Under the pieces are notes generated by a model. It was not told the DNA's origin and did not search any database. It saw only the letters and a program-made list of their open reading frames with translations. The position numbers and the translations under genes were made by a program. This document shows, one piece after another, positions 54,899-63,210 of a stretch of DNA of 64,000 bases. Each line of letters starts with the position of its first letter. Within the stretch, counting starts at the first letter, position 1. The stretch comes from a bacterium. Lineage in GTDB: Bacteria; Myxococcota_A; UBA9160; UBA6930. The stretch lies in NCBI GenBank assembly GCA_024226235.1, contig JAAELW010000085.1, forward strand, positions 756 to 64,755, given 5' to 3'.

Positions 54899-56329
54899 TC
54901 AGCCGTTCAGCGGAAAGCGGCTGGTGCGCACACGGGCGTCACCCTCGATTCCGAACTCTTTCAGCCGTCGCCAGAGCGTGGTCGTGGATATCTGCAACAG
55001 CTCGGCCGCTCGCTTCCGATTCCAACCAACCTTGTCGAGCGTCTCCAGGATGTGGCGTCGTTCGACTCCGGGAAGACTCTGGATGCCGGTCTCGAGCACG
55101 AGGCGCTTCGGCTCACGAACGTGCAGCGGAAGATCATCCACCTCGATTCGACCGCTGCGGCTCAACGCGACGGCTCGTTCGATTGCGTTCTCGAGCTCGC
55201 GCACGTTTCCGGGCCAGTGGTAGCCTGCAAGCCGATCAAGGGCTGCATCATCGATCTCTTCGATGGGAAAATTCGCCTTGGTCGCCATTCGGGCCAGGAA
55301 GTGCCGCGCCAGCAGGGGAATGTCCTCGACCCGCTCGCGAAGCGCAGGAACGTGCACGGGGATGACTGCCAACCGGTAGTAGAGGTCTTCCCGGAAGCGG
55401 CCTTCGGCGACTTCGACTTCCAGATCCTTGTTGGTTGCGGTGACAAGGCGGACATCGACGTAGCGCGTTGCTTCGTCACCCACCGGCCGGATCTCACCGG
55501 TCTGAAGGAAACGCAACAGCTTCGCCTGCATCGAAAGCGGCATCTCGGCCACCTCATCCAGGAAGACCGTGCCCCGATCGGCATGCTCGAACAGACCTTT
55601 GCTGTTGGAAGTCGCTCCTGTGAAAGCTCCTCGACGGTGTCCAAAGAGCTCACTCTCGAGGAGTGTCTCGGGAAACGCTGCTGAGTTCACGGCAGAAAAC
55701 ACCCGGTCGCTTCGTCTGCTCGCTTCGTGAATCGCCCGCCCGATCAGCTCCTTCCCAGTTCCTGTCTCGCCGGTGATCAACGCCGTGCTGTCGGTTTCGG
55801 CGATCTTTCGGACCAGTTCGAGGAGCTCCCGCATGGCCAGGGATTCACCAATGATTCCGGGGAAACGACTTCTGAAACCAGTCGAGCTGGGCCGCGTCCG
55901 GTTGGGTCGGCATTCTTCGGTGACCTTGGGCAGCCGGTTGACGACCTCTTCGATGGCGTCGGCTTCCCACGGCTTTCCGAGGAAATAGGAGACGCCCGCC
56001 TGGTTGATCGCGAGTTGGGCAATGCGAGGATCCTCGAGGCCGGTGATCAGCACTCGACTGAGCTCGGGCCACATATTGCGAACCGTCGCCAGCAGATCCA
56101 CGCCGGACCCGTCCTCCAGCCGCTGATCAGCGATCACACCTTCGATGCGCTCGGACTGAAGCAGCTCCAGGGCTTGGGCCACGTCGCCGGCCTCGATCGG
56201 TCGGACGTCGAGACGCGTCAACGCCCGCCCAAGCGCGCGGCGCACCATCGGATCGTCGTCGACGACCAGCACAGTCGGCAGCGGCGCGTTCAGCTGCTGC
56301 CTGTCCTTTTCTTCCCACCGTCCGTTCAT
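54899..56329 (-). CDS. sigma54-dependent response regulator (FlrC/FleR-like, NtrC family) with canonical receiver
   Basis: REC VLVVDDDPMV...GVIADQRLEDGSG...FLGKPW; AAA+ GETGTGKE, GAFTGA; Fis HTH. ATG 56329 with GAGGTGG SD. Confidence 0.9.
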   Translation of the reverse strand: MNGRWEEKDRQQLNAPLPTVLVVDDDPMVRRALGRALTRLDVRPIEAGDVAQALELLQSERIEGVIADQRLEDGSGVDLLATVRNMWPELSRVLITGLEDPRIAQLAINQAGVSYFLGKPWEADAIEEVVNRLPKVTEECRPNRTRPSSTGFRSRFPGIIGESLAMRELLELVRKIAETDSTALITGETGTGKELIGRAIHEASRRSDRVFSAVNSAAFPETLLESELFGHRRGAFTGATSNSKGLFEHADRGTVFLDEVAEMPLSMQAKLLRFLQTGEIRPVGDEATRYVDVRLVTATNKDLEVEVAEGRFREDLYYRLAVIPVHVPALRERVEDIPLLARHFLARMATKANFPIEEIDDAALDRLAGYHWPGNVRELENAIERAVALSRSGRIEVDDLPLHVREPKRLVLETGIQSLPGVERRHILETLDKVGWNRKRAAELLQISTTTLWRRLKEFGIEGDARVRTSRFPLNG

Positions 56330-56559
56330 TTTGGAGCCACCTCGTTCGCGTCTCCGCGAATAACTGCCGGCGGGAGAGGGTGAGCCGGCTGCTGTCATGG
56401 GCTCATCGATCGGCGGAAGAACGGGCCACCTTGACGGTATTTTTGGACTTTTCCGTCGTGGCTGGATTTCGAGGCGCGGTGGTTGGGGGTCTACTGCCTC
56501 ATTTCAGCCGGTCGTTTCAGGTGTTTCAAGGAGAAAGGTCAGGCGGAAGATTCTTCCAC

Positions 56560-57309
56560 CTAACCGCCCGCTGCTTCCTGGCTGTGGAGGAATGTGAACT
56601 CCACGCGGCGGTTCTTCGCTCGGCCCTCAGCGTCTTCATTCGAGGCGATCGGCCGGGTGTCCGCGAACCCCGAAACGAGCAATCTGGCCGGGTCCACACG
56701 GGCCACATCCACGAGGAATTCGAGGGTGGCCACGGCGCGTGCGGTCGAGATCTGCCAGTTGCTGGTAGTCGATGAAGACGGTGAGGAATCCGTATGCCCC
56801 TCGATCGCGACTGTATCCGGCGTCCCGTTGATCAGACTGGCGATCTCCTGGAGAAACACCAGCGATTCGACCCGAAGCTCCGTCGAGCCGGACGTGAACA
56901 TCAGCTCTCCCGGCACGCGGATCACCACACCCCGAGGGGTTTCGTCGACCTCGATCAGGCGGTCCATGCGTTTGGCCGCGATACTCGCCTTGATTCGTTG
57001 GGCCATCTTCTTGATGTCGGAACGTTGGCGGGTCTGGATGTTGATCACGCTGATATGAGAGGACGTCGGGCGATCATTGAGACTGATCATGTCGTCGGCC
57101 AGGGCCTCGAACTTCCCCGCGATGATCGTCTGGACGCCGAACGCATCGCGCACCGAGCCACTGACTTCGGCAAACCGCTGTGCATCCATACTGGCGAACG
57201 AGAGCAACAGGATGAAGAAGGTGAGCAGTAGGCTCATCAAGTCGCCGAAGGTCGCCATCCACGCTGGTGCAGTGGGCTCCTCATAGGCATCTTCTTCTTC
57301 GTCGCTCAT
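56560..57309 (-). CDS. motB: flagellar stator protein MotB
   Basis: 249 aa; WMATFGDLMSLLLTFFILL plug/TM with the conserved Asp; OmpA-like C-terminus (GHTDS..., NRRVEF). Confidence 0.95.
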   Translation of the reverse strand: MSDEEEDAYEEPTAPAWMATFGDLMSLLLTFFILLLSFASMDAQRFAEVSGSVRDAFGVQTIIAGKFEALADDMISLNDRPTSSHISVINIQTRQRSDIKKMAQRIKASIAAKRMDRLIEVDETPRGVVIRVPGELMFTSGSTELRVESLVFLQEIASLINGTPDTVAIEGHTDSSPSSSTTSNWQISTARAVATLEFLVDVARVDPARLLVSGFADTRPIASNEDAEGRAKNRRVEFTFLHSQEAAGG

Positions 57310-58070
57310 TTCTCGGCAGCCTTGGCTGCCAACTCCTGGGGCGACAGGTAGGCGTCGAGCTTGGACTGGATGACCATCGAATTGTCACCCTTCAAGATGG
57401 ACTCGACTCCGATGATGGCGAGGGTCTTGTGGGCGACCTCGCTCTTGGTACGTGTCTCCAGCTTCGAAGCGACTGGTGCAAAAATCACGAATGCCAGAAT
57501 TGCGCCATATAGGGTGGTCAACAGAGCGACAGCCATCGCGGGGCCGATCGCCGCGGGATCCTCCATCGCCTGAAGCATCTGGACGAGGCCAATCAACGTG
57601 CCGATCATACCCATGGCCGGAGCCGTCGACGCCATGAACTTGAAGACGGCTTGGCCGCGAGCATGCCGGCTCTTCAACGTCTTGAGTTCACCTTCGAGGA
57701 TCCCGTTGATGATTTCCGGCGCGAGGCCATCGACGCCGAGCTGGACACCTCGCGCGAGGAACGGGTCCGGAATGTCCTCGCCTTCCAGAGAGACGAGCCC
57801 TTCCTTGCGAGCCTTTGCCGCCAGGTCGACCACTTTCTCGATCAACTCGGTCGCGGATACCGGCTTCTCGAAGAACGCCTGCAGGTAGACCTTTGCCGCC
57901 CCGACCACGAGACCCATCGATTCGTTGACCAGGGTCGCAGCGATCGTTCCGCCTACGACAATCAACAGGCCCGGTACGTTGACGAAGGCCATCAACGAGC
58001 CACCGAGCAACATCGCGCCGATGATTAGCGCGATGCCAAGTGCGAGCCCGATCAGCGTTGCAAGATCCAT
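57306..58070 (-). CDS. motA: flagellar stator protein MotA
   Basis: 254 aa; four TM helices; PAMGMIGTLIGLV, ALLTTLYG. Confidence 0.95.
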   Translation of the reverse strand: MDLATLIGLALGIALIIGAMLLGGSLMAFVNVPGLLIVVGGTIAATLVNESMGLVVGAAKVYLQAFFEKPVSATELIEKVVDLAAKARKEGLVSLEGEDIPDPFLARGVQLGVDGLAPEIINGILEGELKTLKSRHARGQAVFKFMASTAPAMGMIGTLIGLVQMLQAMEDPAAIGPAMAVALLTTLYGAILAFVIFAPVASKLETRTKSEVAHKTLAIIGVESILKGDNSMVIQSKLDAYLSPQELAAKAAEK

Positions 58071-58205
58071 CTCTACCCACCGGAGCGGAACTCACTCATT
58101 GAACCCATGCGCGGAGCCCGCTCCTGCTTCCGCGCCTCTTCGCCGCTATCGGAAGGCCCGAGGCACAGATCGATCCGCAAAAGCATGGAATCCGGTCTGG
58201 AGCAT

Positions 58206-58799
58206 CTACCCCAGTGCTTCGTTGGAACAGAGCGGTGCGACTCTTCCTCGAGTCTCTCCGAGCACGGGCGCGATCTCATACTCCAGGTAGTCGGCCACGC
58301 GAATCCAATCTTGCGCTTGCTGGGCATCCGCCAACGCATCCAGCCACGGCTGCACCTTGGCGGTGATCTCCTCGACCGAATTTGCTTCGGGACCGAGGTG
58401 CTGGGAAGCCGCCTGGAGCGTGAAGAGCAGAATCGACATCGCGTCGATCGTGTCGATGAAGCTGTCGTTCGCGACTTCCGGTCGATCCGTGCGCATCAGC
58501 TGTGCCGTCTTGAAGAGCGCCTCTCGAACGCGGTCCGCGTACTCTCCGGCGCTTGCCAGGCTCTGTCGGGCGACCTCGCACACTGAAGCGGTTTCGACAT
58601 CGACCCGCTCGCATTCGTCCAGCGAAACCCTCGACAAGTCATCGAGGTCTCCCGCGGGTACCTCCTGGCCGTCGAGCGACAACCGGACCACCACTCGGGG
58701 CTCGGCCTCCGGCCGATTCAGGTACGGGAGAAGCAGGCTTTCCACATCCGTATGGATTCCTTCGACTTCTGCCTCTTGGCCATCCTTGATCAGGCGCAT
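58206..58799 (-). CDS. hypothetical protein, first gene of the sigma54-driven motAB unit
   Basis: 197 aa from ATG 58799 (AAGGAGGT SD lies between the two candidate ATGs); acidic, N-terminal beta-rich and C-terminal helical; no family recognised. Confidence 0.65.
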   Translation of the reverse strand: MRLIKDGQEAEVEGIHTDVESLLLPYLNRPEAEPRVVVRLSLDGQEVPAGDLDDLSRVSLDECERVDVETASVCEVARQSLASAGEYADRVREALFKTAQLMRTDRPEVANDSFIDTIDAMSILLFTLQAASQHLGPEANSVEEITAKVQPWLDALADAQQAQDWIRVADYLEYEIAPVLGETRGRVAPLCSNEALG

Positions 58800-58856
58800 G
58801 GGACCTCCTTGTCGCATTGCGGCTGGTTGTTGCCTCTGTCGGTTGTTCCGGTTCGC

Positions 58857-58872
58857 TGCAAGTGGCGCGCCA
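58857..58872 (-). promoter_or_regulatory. sigma54 (-24/-12) promoter toward hypothetical-motA-motB
   Basis: Minus-strand reading TGGCGCGCCACTTGCA, 58 nt upstream of ATG 58799. Confidence 0.7.
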
Positions 58873-58888
58873 AGGCACGGGTCTTGCT
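58872..58888 (+). promoter_or_regulatory. sigma54-like (-24/-12) promoter toward the glycosylation genes
   Basis: Plus-strand AAGGCACGGGTCTTGCT; GG-N10-GC spacing correct; 13/16 nt identical to the flgF promoter TGGCATGGGTCTTGCT; about 105 nt upstream of ATG 58994. Confidence 0.65.
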
Positions 58889-58966
58889 CTCAGGTCCTGA
58901 TGCGGCCTTCTCTCGCCTGTTGGAGCGAGAAGAGGGTGGATCGGGTTCCCGATCGAAACCGCGACG

Positions 58967-58979
58967 TTTCAATCTGAAA
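58967..58979. promoter_or_regulatory. TTTCA-ATC-TGAAA perfect palindrome (candidate enhancer/UAS), copy 4
   Basis: GTTTCAATCTGAAAGCG, about 100 bp upstream of the motA-side sigma54 promoter and inside the leader of the plus-strand operon. Confidence 0.55.
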
Positions 58980-58993
58980 GCGAGACGGAAAGA

Positions 58994-59698
58994 ATGCGCA
59001 CCGGCGCTGAGCAAGCGGAAAAGCAGACGGATCTAGGACGGCGCTGGAACGATCTCCACGCGGAGCCACGTTACTGTCCCCGATACCCGGACGAAGCCGT
59101 CGTACGTTGGGCATTGACCTCGTTCCCTGGCCGTGCGCCTGGGGAAATGAGGGCCCTGGATCTGGGATGCGGGGCTGGACGTCACTCGGTCTTCCTCGCC
59201 AGCGAGGGGTTTCAGACCGTAGCCGCGGATCTGTCGAGAAAGGGGCTCGACGGGGCAGCACAGCGCGCCACTTCTGAAGGTCTCGAAATCGACACCCAGC
59301 TTGCGGCGATCGATCAGATCGACTTCCCCTCAGGCTATTTCGACGCGGTGCTCTGCTACAGCGTCTACTGCTATGCGCCAATCGACCAGATTGCCACTTC
59401 GATCGAGCGAGTCGCCGATGCACTGAAGCCGGGCGGGCGCTTTCTCTGCTGCACGCGGACGAATGCAGATTGGCGTAGGAGCTTTGGAAGACCGACAGGC
59501 TCCGATCGCTTCCTGATGGAAGCACTTTCGGGAACACCCGCCGAAGCAGAAGAGGGCCTCGAACTGACCTTTCTCGACGAGGCCTCGATCCGAAACCTCT
59601 TCAAGCCTTTCTCCCGGATCGAGTTGAACCGACGAAGTGTCACTCGGCAGGACGGGCAATTCGTCGATGACGACTGGCTGGTCGAGGCGGAGCGCTGA
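58994..59698 (+). CDS. class I SAM-dependent methyltransferase
   Basis: 234 aa; motif I ALDLGCGAGRHSVFLA; motif II/III spacing typical. Confidence 0.85.
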   Translation: MRTGAEQAEKQTDLGRRWNDLHAEPRYCPRYPDEAVVRWALTSFPGRAPGEMRALDLGCGAGRHSVFLASEGFQTVAADLSRKGLDGAAQRATSEGLEIDTQLAAIDQIDFPSGYFDAVLCYSVYCYAPIDQIATSIERVADALKPGGRFLCCTRTNADWRRSFGRPTGSDRFLMEALSGTPAEAEEGLELTFLDEASIRNLFKPFSRIELNRRSVTRQDGQFVDDDWLVEAER

Positions 59699-59699
59699 C

Positions 59700-60686
59700 G
59701 TGGACCCCCAGCGAGCACGACGAGCTCTCGTCCGGGTGGATGCAGATGCGTCCATCGGCCGAGGCCATGCCGTGCGTACGGCCGCATTGATCGATGCGCT
59801 TGCCTGGACTGAGCCTCCGATCGTCTCAGGCGAGGGTCCCGATCTTGGTTCCCTGTTTCCTGGCGCGCGAATCGAGCCTGCAGCCCGATTTGCAGAGCTC
59901 GCGGAGGAAGCTCGCGTCGTGATCATCGATCACCCGAATCCTCATGTGGCCGATCTGGAAATGCCAGCCCTGAAGGTGGTGATCGACGATTGCGGAGAAA
60001 TCGGCTCTGCCGACATCATCGTCGCCGGAAGCGGCCCTGCGTCTCGCCATGTCTACCCGAAACTCGGTGAGCAGGTGCTCCGCCTGTGTGGACCTCGCTA
60101 TGCGCTCTTGCGGGCAGCATTCACGAAGCCTCGGCAGGCGACGGCAGGCACAGCCGCACCGCGGTTGCTCCTCTTGGCCGGCTCCGGAACCCATGCTTCC
60201 GAATGGCTGCTCGGCTTGCTTGCGGATATCGAAGGTGAGCTTGACCGGGTGGCCCTGGATGTGGTGGTTGGCGCTTCCTTCGCCGACCCGGGGCTCCTGC
60301 AGGAGATCTGCAATGCCAATGGCCATTGGCTCGGCTGCAACCTTGCGGCTGACGCACTGGCCGAAAGGCTCTCCTCCGCATCGGTGGCTGTCGTCACCGG
60401 AGGCATGATCGTGCCCGAAACCCTGGCGTTGGGTGTCCCCTGTGTAGCCTTCCCGAACGAGCCGGAGCTGGTCGAGGAGATTGCGTGGCTCGACGGAGAG
60501 AATGCGCTCTGCGGACTCGACCCTTGCGGCAACCCAGCCGAAGCGTGGAACCATGTTCGGGAGCTCCTATCGGACGAAGAGCGAGCCGTGGCGCTGGCGA
60601 CTTCGGGCCGGCGTCTGTTCGATGGACAAGGGACCGCTCGGGTAGCGGCAGCCATCGAGGAACGGCTGGCAGGAGTGCCGCACTGA
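59700..60686 (+). CDS. PseG-like UDP-sugar hydrolase / GT28-type protein
   Basis: VRVDADASIGRGHAVRTAALIDAL N-terminus typical of PseG; GTG 59700 one nt after the methyltransferase stop. Confidence 0.65.
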   Translation: MDPQRARRALVRVDADASIGRGHAVRTAALIDALAWTEPPIVSGEGPDLGSLFPGARIEPAARFAELAEEARVVIIDHPNPHVADLEMPALKVVIDDCGEIGSADIIVAGSGPASRHVYPKLGEQVLRLCGPRYALLRAAFTKPRQATAGTAAPRLLLLAGSGTHASEWLLGLLADIEGELDRVALDVVVGASFADPGLLQEICNANGHWLGCNLAADALAERLSSASVAVVTGGMIVPETLALGVPCVAFPNEPELVEEIAWLDGENALCGLDPCGNPAEAWNHVRELLSDEERAVALATSGRRLFDGQGTARVAAAIEERLAGVPH

Positions 60687-61411
60687 TGCGCCTGGCCATC
60701 ATGCAGCCGACGTATCTGCCCTGGTCCGGCTACCTCGATCTGGCCGATCAGGTCGATGCATTCGTCTTCCTCGACGATGCGAGCTTCGCACATCGTAGTT
60801 GGCAGCAACGCAATCGCATCGTCGCGAACGGAGCCCTGCAGTGGCTCACGGTTCCCGTTCGGGTGAAGGGCCTGCGCGGACAAACGATCCAGGAAGTGGA
60901 AATCGCAAGGCCGGATTTCTGGCTCAAACACCTGCGTACGCTGGCACATGCCTATGCCAGGGCACCCTTCTTCGCACAATCGGCTCCTGGACTCGAAGCC
61001 GTCTTTTCGCGCCAGGGCGGTTGGACCGAACTCGCAGGCTTGAACCTGGCGCTGATCGAGTGGCTATTTGACGAGTTCGGTATCGCCGTCCCCACCCACC
61101 GATCCTCGCAGCTCAAGGCAGGGAGTCGACGCGGCGAGCGATTGGCCGCCATTTGCGAGGAACTCGGAGCAGACCACTATTTGTCGACTCCGGGGGCCGA
61201 GCCCTATTTGATGGAAGACCAGGAACCCTTCCTGAGCCGTGGGATTCGGGTGTCGATCCAGTCCTTCGAATTACCCCTCTACAGCCAGTGCTGCGAGAGC
61301 TTCGTCAGCCAGGCAAGCGCTGTGGATCTGCTCTTCAACGAAGGGCCGGAAGCCCTGTCCATCCTGCGGCGGGGGCGCCACGATGCGCGGCCCATCGGAG
61401 CGGCGAAGTGA
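60686..61411 (+). CDS. WbqC-family protein
   Basis: MRLAIMQPTYLPWSGYLDLADQVDAFVFLDDASF...WQQRNRI; TGATG overlap with the upstream stop; track ORF is over-extended. Confidence 0.75.
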   Translation: MRLAIMQPTYLPWSGYLDLADQVDAFVFLDDASFAHRSWQQRNRIVANGALQWLTVPVRVKGLRGQTIQEVEIARPDFWLKHLRTLAHAYARAPFFAQSAPGLEAVFSRQGGWTELAGLNLALIEWLFDEFGIAVPTHRSSQLKAGSRRGERLAAICEELGADHYLSTPGAEPYLMEDQEPFLSRGIRVSIQSFELPLYSQCCESFVSQASAVDLLFNEGPEALSILRRGRHDARPIGAAK

Positions 61412-62463
61412 ACGGTTTCAGACTCGCGGATCGTTTGATCGGAGACACTTCCCCTCCTTATGTGGTTGCGGAGCTCTCTGCGAATCACCTCGGGAAGCTA
61501 GACCGCGCACTTGCCATCGTGGACGCGGCCCAACGCGCTGGAGCCGACGCGATCAAGCTTCAGACCTACACGGCGGAGAGCATGACTCTCGACCTGGATG
61601 GGCCCGGATTCTCGATCGAGGAGGGTCCGTGGAGCGGCCGCAATCTTTTTGAATTGTACGCCGAGGCAGAGACTCCATCTTCTTGGCACTCCGAGCTGTT
61701 CGAACGAGGGCGTAGCCTGGGCCTCGCGGTATTCAGCTCACCCTTCGACCTGGCCGCAGTGGATTTCCTCGAAACCCTGGACGCACCTGCCTACAAGATC
61801 GCGTCATTCGAGCTTGGCGACCATGAACTGATCGCTCGTGCAGCAGCCACCGGGAAGCCGCTCATCCTTTCCACTGGCATGGCTCAGCTCGACGAGATCC
61901 GACGCGCCCTGGACGTGGCTCGAGCCAACGGTGCAACCGAGATCGCATTGCTTCACTGCGTGAGCGGCTACCCGACCCCACCCGAGGAGATGAATCTGCT
62001 CCGGGTGGCGACGCTGGCTTCTGAATTCGGAGTCGTCACGGGCTTGTCGGATCACAGTCTGACGGCGGCTGCCCCGGTTGCGGCGGTTGCGTTGGGCGCG
62101 CGCTTGATCGAGAAGCACATCACTCTTTCTCGTGCCGATGGTGGACCCGACGCGGGCTTCAGCCTGGAGCCCGACGAATTCGAGACGATGGTGCGGGATG
62201 TGAAGGCAGCATGGTCTGGCCTGGGGACGGGCCGCTGCGCGGAAGCTCCGTGCGAAGCCAGTAGCCGTATCTACAGGCGCTCATTGTATATCGTGCGCGA
62301 CATCGCCAAAGGCGAACGAATCAGCCGCGAGAGCGTACGGGCCATCCGGCCAGCACTCGGACTCGAGCCGCGTCACCTGGAGAGCGTGCTCGGCCGCTCG
62401 GCACTGCGCCAGTTGAAGCGCGGCGAACCGCTGACATGGGACCAACTGGAGGAACCGCATTGA
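61408..62463 (+). CDS. nonulosonic acid synthase (PseI/NeuB family)
   Basis: PYVVAELSANHLG, DAIKLQTY, AYKIASFE, STGM, GLSDHS, C-terminal SAF domain; GTGA overlap with the WbqC stop. Confidence 0.9.
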   Translation: MNGFRLADRLIGDTSPPYVVAELSANHLGKLDRALAIVDAAQRAGADAIKLQTYTAESMTLDLDGPGFSIEEGPWSGRNLFELYAEAETPSSWHSELFERGRSLGLAVFSSPFDLAAVDFLETLDAPAYKIASFELGDHELIARAAATGKPLILSTGMAQLDEIRRALDVARANGATEIALLHCVSGYPTPPEEMNLLRVATLASEFGVVTGLSDHSLTAAAPVAAVALGARLIEKHITLSRADGGPDAGFSLEPDEFETMVRDVKAAWSGLGTGRCAEAPCEASSRIYRRSLYIVRDIAKGERISRESVRAIRPALGLEPRHLESVLGRSALRQLKRGEPLTWDQLEEPH

Positions 62464-63200
62464 GCGGACCCATCGTGGCCGTGATCCAGGCGCGGGCTAC
62501 TTCGACCCGCCTGCCCGGAAAAGTCTGCTTGCCGCTGGCTGGTGAACCTCTTCTTTCCCGGGTGATCGAGCGGGTGGCACGTACCGACCGCGTCGATGAA
62601 ATCTGCGTCGCTATTCCGCAGGGTGTTGCGCAGAACCCAGTTGCCGATGTCGCAGCCTTGCATCCCGGTGTGCGATTGGTGCGCGGCCCAGAAGACGACG
62701 TGCTCGCGCGGACGATTCTCGCGGCCGAGGCAACACGGGCATCGGTCGTACTTCGCGTGACGTCCGACTGCCCGCTCTACGATCCCGCAATCGGAGCCTC
62801 TGTATTGGAGATGCGGGAACAGTTGGGAGTTTCACTCGCCTCGACGGCGCTCGAAAGCGGCTTTCCGATCGGTCTCGACGTCGAAGCCGTCGCAGCCGAT
62901 GCCCTGTTGCGGGCCCACCGTGAATCCCGAGACCCCTACGACCGGGAGCACGTCACAGCTTGGTTATGGCGAGGCTCTGGTCGTGGCCCTGTAGCATTCC
63001 TCGACCGGACTCCAGACCGACGTGCCTGGAGACTGGCCGTCGATACCGCGGACGACTACCGGCTCGTCTCCGCCCTATACGATGCGCTCTACGAACAGCA
63101 ACCGGAGTTCGACTTTGGCGCAATCGAGTGCTGGCTTTCGGCCCATCCGGAATGGCTCGGTTGGAACGAGCATGTACCCCAGACACCGTACCAATGGTGA
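62460..63200 (+). CDS. cytidylyltransferase-fold protein (SpsF/PseF-like)
   Basis: IVAVIQARATSTRLPGKVCLPLAGEPLL; TTG 62460 overlapping the synthase stop. Confidence 0.75.
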   Translation: MSGPIVAVIQARATSTRLPGKVCLPLAGEPLLSRVIERVARTDRVDEICVAIPQGVAQNPVADVAALHPGVRLVRGPEDDVLARTILAAEATRASVVLRVTSDCPLYDPAIGASVLEMREQLGVSLASTALESGFPIGLDVEAVAADALLRAHRESRDPYDREHVTAWLWRGSGRGPVAFLDRTPDRRAWRLAVDTADDYRLVSALYDALYEQQPEFDFGAIECWLSAHPEWLGWNEHVPQTPYQW

Positions 63201-63210
63201 GGAATATTCG

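Noticed and set aside
56407-56414. Sigma28-like -10 element (minus strand GCCGATCG) upstream of the second activator, and a similar CCCGATAG upstream of fliD near 34020-34027
   Set aside because: No acceptable TAAA -35 element at the required spacing, and no fliA gene in the window. Short CCGAT strings are expected by chance in this GC content.
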